Made by a program: the position numbers and the translations under genes. This document shows positions 33,994-49,777 of a DNA stretch of 64,000 nucleotides, piece by piece. This DNA comes from Cladosporium halotolerans (Eukaryota), in the NCBI RefSeq assembly GCF_011745625.1, contig NW_027191458.1:248001-312000 (forward strand). Reading direction: 5' to 3'. The first letter of the stretch is position 1. Every line of letters starts with the position of its first letter. The notes beneath the pieces are model-generated. The model saw nothing but the letters and a program-made list of their open reading frames with translations, was not told the DNA's origin and did no database searches.

Positions 33994-34734
33994 TTCCGGA
34001 TTGGTTCTGCACATGATGCTTTTAGCGTGGCGTTGGAGGTTCAGATTCGCGAGCTTTGCACGGCGGTAGCATGAGGCATGAGTTATCTGTAAGAGATCAT
34101 TTCATTGCTGTGCCCAGCGAGCTCAATCTTTCATACGCTCTCATGCAGACGTCTGGGGCTGCACATCACCAGGGAAGTCAGATCAGCTTGTCGCGATTCC
34201 AAGCACCCCAGTGTTACAAAAGGCATCATCGTGCCTCCGCTGTTTGGGCCATGGACAATCGCTTCAATCGACTAAGACGCGTTCGAGCTGTGATGCGCTA
34301 GGCTCACTTCCACACACATGAAGACAAGCCTCATCCTCACCGCCCAGCAGGTTGAGCAAATGTGAACGTCCGACGACACAGGCAAGCTATGCGACAGCTC
34401 ACATGTTTGTTATTGCAACGCATTAGTCTTTCCGGTGCGATGGCAGACAAGTCATTGCAATGTTCGTCTCAACCTAGCTCTATGTCTGCGGCTAATTGAG
34501 GCACAACATGCATTCACCCATGATGGAATGCTTGAGTTGTTCCTAGCCTCAAGGAGAAGCTTATTCACCTCGTCACATGCCAGGAAAGTTGAGAAACAGC
34601 GCTTACGGCTGATGACTCGACTTTGGCGTCCGCACCCTCTTCTTCTTAAGACCAAACAGCTAGTAACAACTGCTGCCGTCTCCATCCGTTGTAACCTTTG
34701 AGCTGCGACCCGACGAACTCATCACTCAACCACC

Positions 34735-36771
34735 ATGAGAGCTCATAAACCCAACACCGACTGCGAGGTCGAGCTCAGCGTCTTCGCCAACGGCAATAAA
34801 TGCCCCGAATTCATCATCCCGAGCACCGACGACGAGCCGACCGCGGCCATCTGCTTCATCCCTATCCCGGACGATGCCACCATCACGATCCAAGGCACTG
34901 TCTCCGGCTCTCTGCTCTTCGGCCGAGTTGATGTGCTCGCCGATGGTTCCTTCGTCGCCAACCGCGTCATCGAGGGCCCCGAGAGCAAAGAGGGAATCTT
35001 GAAGTGTTTTGATAAGCGGCGGGTCGAGGTCAAGACCTTCCTTAACGTGCCGGACTTGTCTGATCATAAGCCTCGGCTGCGCCCGAAGGTCGTCGAAGGC
35101 AACCTGGTCTCTAAGCGGCTCTCGAGGGCCATGCAGGCTTCGCGACTCGACGGCGGCGAGGATGTTACGGGAGTCGGCGTCGGGTCGCTGACTCTAGTCG
35201 TCTCGCTCAACCAGGAGGCGTTTGATACGTACGGCGAAGAAGGCAAGCCGGCCTATTCAGATGTCACGCTGGGAAGCTGGCGCGATCGCGTTTCAGATGT
35301 CAAGGATAGCGGCATCAGACCGTCGCACGAGATGGCCATGAGTATCTTCTCTGATTCGAACCCCGTCAGAGACAAGCGCGCGACTTTGTTCTGGAGGGAC
35401 AGGAGTGCAGTTAGATATGGAGAAGCGGCCTGGGCGTACTTCATCTTCTACTACAGGACTCAGGAAGCCATTGACGCGGCAGGGTGTGTGCCGCTCACCG
35501 AGAGCAAGGCTTTGCCGCCTGACAGCGGGATGTTCACCAGGGCGAGGGATCAGGTCAAAGCTGGCGATGAGGTATGCATAATGAACTTCAATGCCGTAAT
35601 CAGAGCACGATGCTAATCAAAACAGCAATCACCCTTACCTGCCCTTTCGGCACCACCTTCGACGCCCCAAGCGCCTCCCGAGCGGAAGAAGGTGCTAGGA
35701 CTTGGTCAACCGTTGCTGTTGCCGAAGCTGGGGCATTTCCAACAGCCACCAGGTCTTCCAACTCACGACGACGAATTAGCTCCTTCAGTGCCCATCGTTG
35801 GTACCAAAGAAAACGACAACCGGACTCCCACCCCAACCCTTCCTAGGACGGAAGAGCACCTTGACCACCGCCAGAGCCCTATCACATTCCCCAAAGCAGC
35901 TCAACAGCCAGTCCAGCTTCCAAGGTATGGTCTTGCCTCTCAACCACCGACAGACCTCACGCCCCGTATGTCTCTTGCAGCTCCGCTCTTCTCGGGTCCT
36001 CCAAAGAAGACTAGGGACCCAGACGAGATCCCAAATCCTGCACAGAGGGACCTTCGCTTAGACGACCTAGCAGCGCCAAGCTTACCACCGGTCTCCCTTC
36101 GACCCGCCACGCACAGATTGGCTTCAGCAACCAGCCTGCTGTCCGCAACACGGCCTTCCTGCGTCCCCTCCAAGCGCACCAAATCCCCTACCCAAGAATC
36201 GCCCCGTGGGCGGACCGCTACTCGTGCAGAAGGTTGCGCTTCCACAAATCCAACATTACACCATGAGGACATTCCTACCCCTGCAAAGCGAGCCAAGCTC
36301 AACGATTTAGCAGTGGACAACGCGTGCCTCGAAGTCGAGGCGGAAGTCAAGCCCCAGCGCGAAGCGGCTACACAGAGGAAGACCGATGAGGAGAGGCGCG
36401 CCCGGGCGGAGGCGGAGAGGAGACGTCGCTATGAAGAGAATCGCAGGGCTCTGGCGATAAACGAGGCTAGCAGGGCTGAGGCTGTGGAAGCGGAGAGGGA
36501 GGCGCCGAGGCGCAAGGCAGAGGCCGAACATCAGGATGTGGCGACTTCGGCGACTTCGGCGGAGGCGAAAAGGAGGCGTCACTATGAGGAAAATCGGAGG
36601 GTTCTGGCGATGAACCAGGCTAGCAGGGCTGCGGCTATGGAAGCGGAGAGGGAGGCACTGAGCCGCGAGGCCGGGGCCGAGGACGAGGATATGGGGGCTT
36701 TCGCGGAGGATGAAGGAATGGAGCGTAGAGCTTTCAACAATGATGCCGGAGCGGAGGAAGGGGTTCAGTGA
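34735..36771 (+). CDS. Hypothetical protein with a beta-rich N-domain, a Pro-rich linker and a duplicated charged helical C-terminus; exons 34735-35571, 35626-36771
   Basis: Intron GTATGC...GCTAAT...CAG (35572-35625) joins the 293-aa and 359-aa ORFs in frame. Confidence 0.7.
36406..36705 (+). repeat. Intragenic tandem duplication, period 153 nt (51 aa)
   Basis: AEAERRRRYEENRRALAINEASRAEAVEAERE starting at 36406 versus AEAKRRRHYEENRRVLAMNQASRAAAMEAERE starting at 36559. Confidence 0.9.
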
Positions 36772-36953
36772 GTGAGACTGTTTGAGGATTCGCATCAAAG
36801 GCAGCCGTGAGAGGGCATGGAACGACAAGTGACAAAACTGCGATGCTGTTGCGATTTGGAGCGAGAGAGGAATGATGACTGGCAGATAATAGCCGCAGCA
36901 CGGAGATGGCTGTGGTCTTGAAAACTGTTTTCCAGAATGCCTATTCTCAACAC

Positions 36954-37324
36954 TCACGTTCTTGGAGCCCTCATGTTTGCCTCCACTCTCGCCAACAACT
37001 CCTCGCGGGTTTCTTTGCCCGTGACTTGCAAATTCCTCTGTCATTTGTCGTCAGCAGCTCTTCACACTCGTCCTTTGCTGTCGGTGCATTTACGCTATTA
37101 AGCCATTGTCTCAGCTCGGATTCAGACCACTTCTGAGGGTCACCTTTTGGATCCTCCGGTTGCGGGAACATATCCTGGCCCCAGATTGACCATGCTGCAG
37201 CTGCTGTGACTAGACCGGCGAAACCAAAGAAGAGATTCTTGCTCATGTCAGCGCCAATTCGATGGAGGATGACCAGAATAGAACATACTCGAGAGTTCAT
37301 TGCTCGATCGATGGGAGTAGGCAT
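36954..37324 (-). CDS. Small (87 aa) single-TM protein with an Ish1/SAP-like helical motif; exons 37324-37289, 37237-37094, 37037-36954
   Basis: Spliced MPTPIDRAMNSR-NLFFGFAGLVTAAAAWSIWGQDMFP...WSESELRQWLNS-RNLQVTGKETREELLARVEANMRAPRT. Introns are GTATGT...CTGAC...AAG and GTAAAT...CTGAC...CAG. Confidence 0.8.
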
Positions 37325-37685
37325 GGTGGCGTTTGCTGGCTTTGTAGCACGAGCAAGCCCTTGGATCAAGGTGTTGGATTGACGAGTTCGATGATCACGA
37401 GGAATGAAGGACGAGAATGGCCAATCGAGCTTTTAGAATGCCTGCGCGACCTTTGTACAACTGTTTGTTACCTGACATCCAGATACCTGCTGCCTTCCGC
37501 TACGACTCCACCCACACCCATGGCGCCGGCAGCAAGCCGTCGGCCCGCTCAGCCTTCTGGGGTGCAGATCCACGCCATGCATCCCTGAAGCGGACATCTG
37601 GCATGTGACGGCCGCAGCAGAGGCCGAGCAGGAGCAAAGTGCAGCATTCACTCCCCACGCACTACTTTGGTGCCTGGCACATGGC

Positions 37686-40193
<2,508 letters not shown>

Positions 40194-40667
40194 TAGGTGG
40201 AGCTGTTGCATTTTCTTCGCTAGGCTATTGGGGTTTGCATTTGCATAGGTAATGAAAAGTACATGTTGCCACTTTCATATCCTTCAGTGGGAAGCTGAAA
40301 GGCCTTGCTCCCAGACTGGCATGACTCAATGGAATGAATCGTTTCACCATCATCTCAGCGTATTCGGACTAACGATTCCTTGTAGATGTTGTTGCAGTTG
40401 CGATCAATGAGACGAGCCATCAATACACCACAGCATGAGATCTTGTGATTCCCTCATATTGCGGGCGTAATGTGATACGGCAGGGTCCATGTTTGCTCAA
40501 ATAGCCAGATTGAGTTTCCCGATCGTGCAGATTGAGGGTGTGCAGGTACCTGTACAATCCATGACACCAACAGGTCGCAGCCAGCCAGCCGGGCCAGCTC
40601 CAGCTTTCGCCGGCCACGCCCGAGCGCCTGAGGTTGAGCCGCTGGCCGCCAAGTCGCCCCTTCCCGC

Positions 40668-40677
40668 AGCCAATCAG
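40668..40677 (+). promoter_or_regulatory. CCAAT box upstream of cytochrome c1
   Basis: AGCCAATCAG about 160 nt before the ATG, which fits CCAAT-binding (Hap) complex control of respiratory genes. Confidence 0.45.
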
Positions 40678-40831
40678 CGGAGCGGCATCGCTGACCAGAG
40701 CGAAGCCAGAGAAGCCAGCCCGGCGACATCCTTTCGCTGCTGCAACACGACCACCACCACACCCCTCCCACTCCCATCCCCACCCGCCTCCCGCAACGCA
40801 GTCTCAAGCGCTGAGACTCGCTCCCGACAAC

Positions 40832-42078
40832 ATGTTGGCTAGGTCAGGCCTGCGCACCGCGCGCGCCTTCGGCTCCGCAAGGACCTCCGCGACCAGGAAC
40901 GCTACGGTGCGTAAAATATACCCAGCACCCCGACCGAGCTCTCTCCACACCCGAAACGATGCCAATGGCGAAAGCGGCGGATGCAGAAGCTAGGTGGTAC
41001 ATAGTGGAGCTGACGGCTGATGAATGACAGCGCAATGCCTCCACCCAGAGCGAGGGCGCCGCCTCCTGGAAGAACACCGCGACTCTGTCCGCCTCGACCG
41101 CGCTCGCCATCGGATCTTGCACTTTCTACTACTTCCAGTTTGGCCGCTCGGTGCACGCCATGACTCCGGCTGAGGAGGGGTAAGTCAATCGGATGGGCCG
41201 AGAAAGAGGCACAAGAGGAGGATATCCATATACACAGAACACGGACTAACGGGCATCGCTCGCAGTCTCCACGCCACTGCCTACCCCTGGGAGCACGAGA
41301 AGTTCTTCAAGACTTTCGACCACGCCGCTCTCCGTCGCGGTTTCCAGGTCTACCGCGAGGTCTGCGCCTCTTGCCACTCCCTCCAGCGCATCCCGTGGCG
41401 CGCGCTTGTCGGTACTATGATGACCGTCGACGAGGCCAAGGCCCTTGCCGAGGAGAACGAGTACGACACTGAGCCCAACGACGAGGGTGAGATTGAGAAG
41501 CGCCCCGGCAAGCTTTCCGACTACATTCCCAGCCCTTACAAGAACGACGAGGCCGGTCGTGCCGCCAACAACGGTGCCCTGCCCCCGGATCTTTCGCTCA
41601 TCACCAAGGCCCGCCACGGTGGCTGCAACTACATCTTCTCTCTTCTGACTGGTTACCCTGAGGAGCCTCCTGCGGGCGCCGTTGTTCAGTCCGGCCTCAA
41701 CTTCAACCCCTACTTCCCCGGTACCGGTATCGCCATGGCCCGTGTTCTCTACGACGGCCTTGTCGAGTACGAGGATGGCACCCCCGCCACCACTTCCCAG
41801 ATGGCCAAGGACGTCGTTGAGTTCCTCAACTGGAGCGCCGAGCCTGAGATGGACGAGCGCAAGCGCATGGGCTGGAAGGTCATGGCTATTGGCTCCGTTC
41901 TGTTCGCCATGAGTGTTTGGGTTAAGAGGTATGTTTTTGGGGACACGAGGTATCCTTCTGAAACGGCTTGCTAACGGAGAAATACAGGTACAAGTGGTCC
42001 ACCATCAAGACCAGACACCTCCAGTACAACCCGCCCGTCGCCCCCGGCAAGATGAACCCCCGCCAGAGCCGCCGCTAA
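40832..42078 (+). CDS. CYT1: Cytochrome c1, mitochondrial; exons 40832-40906, 41031-41179, 41266-41928, 41988-42078
   Basis: Presequence, MTPAEEG-LH, RRGFQVYREVCASCH heme motif, ANNGALPPDLS, FNPYFPG and a C-terminal TM, with three canonical introns. Confidence 0.97.
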
Positions 42079-42323
42079 ATCCATTAAAGGGAGAAAGAGG
42101 GGATATAGTTTGTGGCCATAGAAGAGAAAATGTTGATGACGGCGGTGTGGCCAGGGTGGAGAGTGCATGTACAGTCTACCTTAGCGCACTTCCCTTTGTT
42201 TGTATCAAATGTGGTAGTATTTGAATTGTATTTCCCAAGTTGCAAGAAACACGGTCCTCTTTCACTTGTGTGTAGACACGACAAGTCATCAGTCGTCTCT
42301 AATCGCGATTGGATCTATCTTAT

Positions 42324-43237
42324 CTATTTAGGTTTCCTTATAAGGATCTCACCATGCAAAGTCCCGCAGCAGGCGTCTTCCGTCTCCATCCACCTTTGCC
42401 ACTCCTCGCCCATGCGATCCAGCTCAGCTTCCGTCGCAATGCCCAGCTCCAATGCCTTCTTCCGCATTTCACCGCCCACAATCCGGTCTCTGAACGAAGT
42501 TCCTGCACAAGCGGAGTCAAGTCAGCCATCCGCCTAAACCAGTCCCCACCAATTCCCATCCAAAACTTACCCCAAACCCTCCTCTCCTCCTCCGTAGCAT
42601 ACAACCACGTCCCCATACTAGCCTTCACATCCTCCCTCCTCGCCCCCGCCCTCATCGCCCACGCAACCAACGATGGCCCCGCCTCATTGCTCCCGCCCGC
42701 CGCCGCGTGCGTCGCCTTCTGCACCTCCACCCACGCCCGCATCGTCTCGCTAAACGGATGAAACGACCAAACCCGCATATCGATCTCGCGCACCGCCACG
42801 ACGCCCCCCGGCTTGACGACCGCGAGCATCTGCGCCAGCGCCTGCACGGGCGCGTCCAGGTGGCACAGAACCTGGTGCGCGTGCACGACGTCGAAGGCCG
42901 CGGGGCCGAAGGTCTGCGCGAGCTCGTAGACGCTTGCGGGCTGGAAGGTGATGTTGGTTGCGTTGACGGAGGCTGCGTGCGAGGCGGCGCGGGAGAGGAT
43001 GTCGGGACTGAGGTCGATTGCTGTTATGTGGCCTTGTGGGATGTATTTGGCGAGGGAAGTGGTTATTGTTCCAGAGCCGGCGCCGACGTCTAAGAGGGTG
43101 AGGGATGGGTTGGTTTCGGCGAGGCTCTGGAGGGTGGGAAGGAGGTAGGGGGCGCTATTTTCGGCTGTGCGCCATTCGTGATGTCCGACTTCTTTGTAGC
43201 CTGGGAGGTAGGTGTTGTGGGGGTTTGGTTGCGCCAT
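42324..43237 (-). CDS. Class I SAM-dependent methyltransferase (UbiE/COQ5-like); exons 43237-42571, 42502-42324
   Basis: HEWRTAENSA, LLDVGAGSGTIT, FDVVHAHQVL and VVKPGG. Intron 42570-42503 gives the C-terminus ...LHGEILIRKPK*. Confidence 0.9.
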
Positions 43238-44877
43238 TGTGTGGGCGGTTTAGGTGATGGTGTGGTAAAGTGTTGTTATTAGGGTTCGGGTTGGGGTAAG
43301 AGCTTATCAGTACGGTGAGATGGAAACTCGGATACAAGGCGTAGTTTCAGGCAGTTGCTGATAAGTCGCTCAGACAATATTATCATGTACTCATAACAGC
43401 AGTCTGAAAGAGCTGCTTGTGTTAAACAGGTGACGACGATGTGTAATGTGCAGCCGTGACGATCAAAGCGGATGAAGTGGGGTCGGCCAGCTTCAACTTC
43501 ACCTCGTTTAAGCCCTTTCATCAGCACGAGATCACTGACACTGTTTACACTCAAAAGTCTATCGATTGAGAGGTCTCGAATGGAAGAACCGATGGAACAT
43601 CATAATCGAGGCATCCCACAAGTCGGTAGTCCAAAGGTCTCCGATGCATTGACGGCATGCCACACGCCGTAGGAGGATGCATCCAGAATGTAGGGGACGA
43701 TCCTCCACAGGTTGAAACATGGCAAGCGAGCAACAATGTACATTCGTGAACGATTCGCCGCAGCTCACAGAGGTTGCCTGATCTGAAGAGCGCGCTCTCG
43801 TCTCGAGATCCACCGAGGTACGTGATGTTTTCGCTGCCTCTCATCGATTGATTGGCTAAGTGGCTCGGTGAATCGAGTAAAGTGAGAAAGAGATGATGGC
43901 ATGTGATTTTGATCGGGGATCTACAGTCGAACTTTCCACTTCGCTACTGTCTTTTGAGATAATACCTGCCTCTAAAGTGCCACTCTTGCTTGCAGCATTG
44001 CCTCAAAACCCAGCACCAAGCCAAAAGCCACAATGCTGCCGACCGAACTCGATCGACTCATATTGTAGTCAAGGCATCGATTTCTGCTGCTGCTGAGCAG
44101 ATTTTCACTGCTCAACCTTGCTGCCGAAAAACGTCATTCCCTTGGTGCTTCATCGCTCGGATCTCTTAGGTGTCTCTGAGGCAAATGCGCCGTCACCAGA
44201 GCAATACATCATGATCGTTGAGATTACGGCCGTCATGCTGGAGATCAGATAAAATCGCTTGAATCTACGAGTTTGGAAGAATCGACGCTTTCGGCGATTT
44301 TAAGCTTGCGGAAAGGGATACTGCAAAAACCCGAACGAAAGTTGCCCAAGAGCAATCTCGACATGAGCAAAGGATCGGATTGACGGAAGCAGTCGCCAAC
44401 TGCTCAGATACGCAAAGCCTATGAGAAGAATTGAGGCTCGGGCTGGGGACGCGTCCTGCAGTGAGTTCACAAAGCTAGCTCTCGGCGGGTAGCTGAGGCA
44501 AGAGCCCCTGTACTCCACTTTAGACCCCAAAGTGTTTCAGACACCATTGAGATACGACTTCCTATTGTCACGCTTGCTGCATATATCTTGGCAAGCCCTC
44601 GACAATAGTGAATGCGATTACTACCTCCGCGTGCCAAGATTCTAGTTCCTTCGAGGCACATACATATACAACAGCTTCGGCCGGTCACCGCCCACCACAC
44701 AACCATCTCCCTCCATCAACGACTTGCGATCAACATCAGCAACTTTACACAATCCTACTCGATCACCTCAACACTTTGACGAGCAAGCTAACAACTCGCA
44801 CCTTGTGCTTACCTTCCAGCCTACGCAACTCTACATTCACACCCAGCAAAACCAATCACACTCGACATCTAGACAAG

Positions 44878-45846
44878 ATGCCCAGCTTCAACTTCTTAGC
44901 AAAGGCCAGCCACTACTGCTACCCTCCCGGTGTCAACGCTGCGAACCTTACCATGAATGACATCAGAGGCGCCAACGCGAAGATTGCGCATCTTCGTCAA
45001 GGTCGCATCGACAACGGTTTGCTGAAGGCCACTCGTGACGACCCGGGCTACCAGCCACAGATGCCATACACCAAGAAGCCGCTTTGCAACTATTCCACAT
45101 GGGACACAGAGAAGCTCGCAAAGTCTTTGCTTGCCAGAGGCATCAAGTCGAGACAGCAAATGAAGTTCATGTACGTCGATATCATCTCGCTCATCGCGCT
45201 TCCCGTCTTACAAGTTACCAAGCACTGACAATCTGACAGGGACAAAGAGGACATGGTATCTGCTCTCAAGAACGCAGACAAGCAACCGCGATTCGATCGC
45301 TTTACCGAACTACCGGCCGAGTGCCGCAACGAAATCTACCGTCTTGCTCTCGAGGACACCAAGCCGCGTGTACGCCCCGCCCCTCCGGCCATCAGCCAAG
45401 TCAGCCGCCAACTCCGCAGCGAAACTCTGCCGCTCTTCTTCCACATGACCACCTTGACCGTCGTCGTCACCGCAGAGCCAGCGAAGCCCATCGCACTGTC
45501 GCACTATTTCGGCGACCACAAGACCGAAATTGCCCCGAGGACCAGAAAGTACTTCAACTACGCCCGCAAGGCCGGCTGGACCAAGCACATGCGCAACTTC
45601 CAATGGCGCATCATGGGCGCATCGTACAGCGCCAAGGGCAGACTCGAGAAGCCGTGGAACGAGTGCTACCTCGTCCGCTTCTCGACTAACATGAAGAATG
45701 TCGAGACTTCTGCTAGGGATCGGCGCAGTCAAGCCCGACTTGATCTCATCCAGGCTGGGATGAAGAAGATCGCTGACACGGAGAACACCAAGCTCACGGA
45801 TGCCGACTTCAAGAACATGGTGGCATTCTTCCTGGCGACGTTCTGA
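44878..45846 (+). CDS. Hypothetical protein with a SAP-like helix pair and a 2EXR/F-box-like motif; exons 44878-45170, 45240-45846
   Basis: YSTWDTEKLAKSLLARGI...DKEDMVSALKNAD...RFTELPAECRNEIY...PPAISQVSRQLRSETLPLFF. Intron GTACGT...CTGAC...CAG. Confidence 0.75.
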
Positions 45847-45866
45847 GGAACTCGAGTCTCTTGATA

Positions 45867-46075
45867 TGAAAGACTCACACTTATCAAGCAATCGCCTCGA
45901 CTGGCAATCGAACAGCTTCAGTTCCGGAATACGAAATCAATGAAACGACTTACATGACTTATCAAACAACTGCCTCAGCTGGCAACCGAATGACTTCATG
46001 TCTGCAAACACCATTACCAAACTCACTGAAAGGCCTATACGACCCATCAAGCAATTGCCTCAGCTGGCAACGAAA
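45867..46075. repeat. Three degenerate tandem repeats with a palindromic core
   Basis: Core ATCAARCAA.YGCCTC..CTGGCAA at 45883, 45961 and 46046, each preceded by TGAAA (45867, 45941, 46027). Confidence 0.85.
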
Positions 46076-46722
46076 CAAAGGCAACGAGACAACCTCATCT
46101 CTGGTCTCTGAAAACATCAATACCTAATTCATGTACCGTCCAATACCTACTCCACGCACTAGTTGCTGCATGTTGTCTTGAAACGATGACCTGCAGACTC
46201 GATGGAATGGCGATTGGACGAAGATTCAACGAGTGCAAAAAAGATCGAATGGCGAAAGAAGGTCGAGGGCAATGCGACATGCATCACACAAATTTCTTTG
46301 GCGTTTTGAAGGGAAGCAACCAATGGCACGATGTTGATACTTTTTGATTTTTGATACGAAGAGGTCCACCAATTCATGGTAGTTCACAATGCAATTACCG
46401 TTTCCCCACGACATCGCCGAGCAAAGTCCGCTCAACTCTCGTCACCCCGGCCCCCAGAATGTCTCCGCAGCCGAGGTCTGGCGGTATCTCGCCCTGCTCG
46501 GTATAAGCATCATGGCTTGTGATCGCCCCGGCTGCCGCCGGCATTCAAAAGTCAGAGATCCAGGTATACCTTTAGTCCATAACACACGCCGAGTATCTTG
46601 CTTGGCCAGCCGATTTCTGTCTTTGTGTCATTGTCTCTCTACTTGTTGCCAACACCAAGCTTGCCTTCCTCCTTCCCCACCAAAGACCTCCTCTCTTTTC
46701 CACACACACTACATCTAACACA

Positions 46723-48129
46723 ATGGCGCCGCTCGCCCGCACATTGAGGCCACTCGCACGTGCTGCTACCACCACTGCTGTACGACGCGTGCCAGCCGCC
46801 CGCTCGCCCTTCGTTCAATCATCCGCTGCGTAAGTCGAACATGGACAGTATCAAGAGGACAGCTCTGACCCTGCTTGTAGATCACGATGCCTCTCCACCA
46901 CCGCCAGAAGAAGCTACGATACTGATAATGTTACAACCGAGGGCGAGCCTTTCGATCTCTCCTCCATGCTCCCCACGCCCATCACACACTTCAGCGAAGT
47001 CGAGCAGGCCATGGCGGACACGGTCGCGAAGTTTGCCAACGAGGACATTCTGCCTAAGGTCCGCGAGATGGACGAGAACGAAAAGATGGACCCCGCGATT
47101 ATAGAGCAAGCCTTTGAGCAGGGCCTCATGGGCATTGAAATTCCTGAGAAGTATGGCGGTGCGGGCATGAACTTCACAGCGGCTATTGTTGGAATCGAGG
47201 AGCTGGCAAAGGTGGACCCTTCGGTCTCTGTCATGGTGGACGTACACAACACGCTTGTCAACACCGCCATCCTGAAGTACGGCTCTGAGCAATCGCGCAA
47301 GAAGTGGCTGCCCAAGCTCGCGACCAACACCGTCGGCTCCTTCTGCTTGTCCGAGCCTGCATCCGGTTCCGACGCGTTCGCCCTGAAGACCAAAGCCGAG
47401 AAGACCGCCGACGGCTACCGCATCAACGGCAGCAAGATGTGGATCACCAACTCGATGGAAGCCGGCTTCTTCATCGTCTTCGCCAACCTCCACCCGGAGA
47501 AGGGCTACAAGGGCATCACCGCGTTCGTCATGGACAAGGAGACGAAGGGCCTCTCGATCGCGAAGAAGGAGAAAAAGCTCGGCATCAAGGCCTCGTCGAC
47601 CTGCGTGCTCAATTTCGACGACGTCGAGGTGCCCCACGAGAACCTGCTGGGCGAGGAGGGCCAGGGCTACAAGTACGCCATCGGCCTGCTGAACGAGGGC
47701 CGCATCGGCATCGCGGCGCAGATGACTGGCCTCGCGCTCGGCGCTTTCAGCAATGCCGCCAACTACGTCTGGAACGACCGCAAGCAGTTCGGCTCGCTGA
47801 TCGGCGAGTTCCAGGGCATGCAGTTCCAGCTCGCGCAGGCGTTCACAGAGATCAGCGCGGCGCGCGCGCTCGTCTACAACGCTGCTCGCAAGAAGGAGGC
47901 GGGCGAGGACTTCGTCAGGGATGCTGCGATGGCTAAGCTTTACGCCAGCCAGGTTGCCGGTAAGGTTAGCGGGCAGGCGATTGAGTGGATGGGTGGCATG
48001 GGTTTCGTGAGAGAGGGTCTTGCGGAGAAGTACTGGCGTGACTCCAAGATCGGCCAGATCTATGAGGGTACGAGCAACATCCAGCTGTCGACCATTGCGC
48101 GGTTGCTGCAGAAGGAGTACACCAAGTGA
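46723..48129 (+). CDS. Short/branched-chain acyl-CoA dehydrogenase, mitochondrial; exons 46723-46829, 46881-48129
   Basis: FCLSEPASGSDA, INGSKMWITN, KLGIKASST, LNEGRIGIA, RKQFG and IYEGTSNIQ. The presequence exon is joined by GTAAGT...CTGAC...TAG. Confidence 0.95.
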
Positions 48130-48564
48130 TCGGATGAACGGATAGAAGGGGTGTTTATGAAGCGATTACTTTATTTTTCATGTATGCTAAGTGAATTCAA
48201 GACGTGCGCATGCCATGGTGTATTCCCTGCCATTATGTACTTCCTCTCGCAGTAGCCGCCTGTCTCCGAAAGGCTCCTAGTGAGCTGAAACAAGCTCTTC
48301 ACATGCGGCGAACCAACCCCGCAGCCCTGTGGAGTCTCAGCCAGGCCTTGATGCAACGCCTTGTCAGGGCCGGCTGTCAGCCCACTGCTGAACAGTCCAG
48401 TCCCTGCTGGCTTATCTGGAACTCACACCACCCCTCCTTCTGCGACAAACACCGCACGCTCCAAACAACGAACCCTTCGCCCTTTTCTCGCCGACTCCCC
48501 GTTCCCTCCACGCACGACCGCAAACCCAAACGCATCCCCGACTGGAGTCTGAAACGACAAAACC

Positions 48565-49011
48565 ATGGCGCAGCCCCAAGCGCAGGTTCAGCCCTGCCGC
48601 TACAAGACGGGCAAGACCCTGGGAGCTGGCTCATATTCCGTGGTGAAAGAGTGTGTGCACATCGATACCGGTCGCTACTATGCGGCCAAGGTCATCAATA
48701 AGCGCCTCATGGCTGGCCGTGAGCACATGGTGCGGAACGAGATCGCGGTGTTGAAGCGTGTGTCTATGGGCCACCAGAACATTCTCACGCTCGTCGATTA
48801 CTTTGAGACCATGAATAACCGTAAGTGTCAGCCTAGTTGACAGACGAGAATCGCATGTACCGATACCTCTGCCTACAGTATACCTCGTCACCGACCTCGC
48901 CCTGGGCGGCGAGCTATTCGACCGCATCTGCCGCAAAGGCTCCTACTTCGAATCCGACGCCGCAGACCTGATCCGCGCAACCCTCTCCGCCGTCGCATAC
49001 CTCCACGACCA

Positions 49012-49045
<34 letters not shown>

Positions 49046-49777
49046 CTCCTCTTCCGCACGCCCGAAGACAACGCGGACCTCCTCATCGCCGACTTCGGGC
49101 TCAGCCGCATCATGGACGAAGAGCAATTCCACGTCCTGACCACAACCTGCGGCACGCCGGGCTACATGGCGCCCGAAATCTTCAAAAAGAGCGGCCACGG
49201 CAAGCCCGTCGACGTGTGGGCGATCGGCGTGATCACGTACTTCCTGCTGTGCGGCTACACGCCCTTCGACCGCGACAGCAACCTGGAGGAAATGCAGGCG
49301 ATCCTGGTCGCGGACTACAGCTTCACGCCGCTGGAGTACTGGCGCGGCGTCAGCGTGCAGGCGCGGCAGTTCATCAAGCGGTGCCTGACGATCGACCCGA
49401 CGCAGCGCATGACGAGCCACGAGGCGCTGTCGCACGCGTGGATCGCGGGCCCGGAGTCCGACCGCGGCGAGGAGGACCTGCTGCCGACGGTGAAGAAGAA
49501 CTTCAACGCGCGCCGCACGCTGCACAAGGCGATCGACACCGTGCGGGCCATCAACCAGCTGCGCTCCGGGGGCCTGGGGATGATGGACGGGGCGAGCTCG
49601 ACGAACCCGAAGAGGGTGCAGGACGAGGACGGGGACTCGAGCATGCAGGATGTGGCGAGCGCGGGGGACGGCAAGGGCCAGACGGAGGCGCAGATCGAGC
49701 AGCAGCAGAGGCGGATCGACGAGACGAGTCGCGGGCTGTGGGACAACAGGGCGCAGCAGGCCGGCCAGGCGGCGTAA
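48565..49777 (+). CDS. cmkB: Ca2+/calmodulin-dependent protein kinase (CmkB-like); exons 48565-48820, 48879-49777
   Basis: LGAGSYSVV, AAK, HRDLKPEN, DFG, CGTPGYMAPE and the CaM-binding segment FNARRTLHKAIDTVRAINQL. Confidence 0.93.

Noticed and set aside
45867..46075. CRISPR-like reading of the spaced palindromic repeats
   Set aside because: The context is eukaryotic, there are only three degenerate copies, similarity extends beyond the cores, and there are no cas genes.
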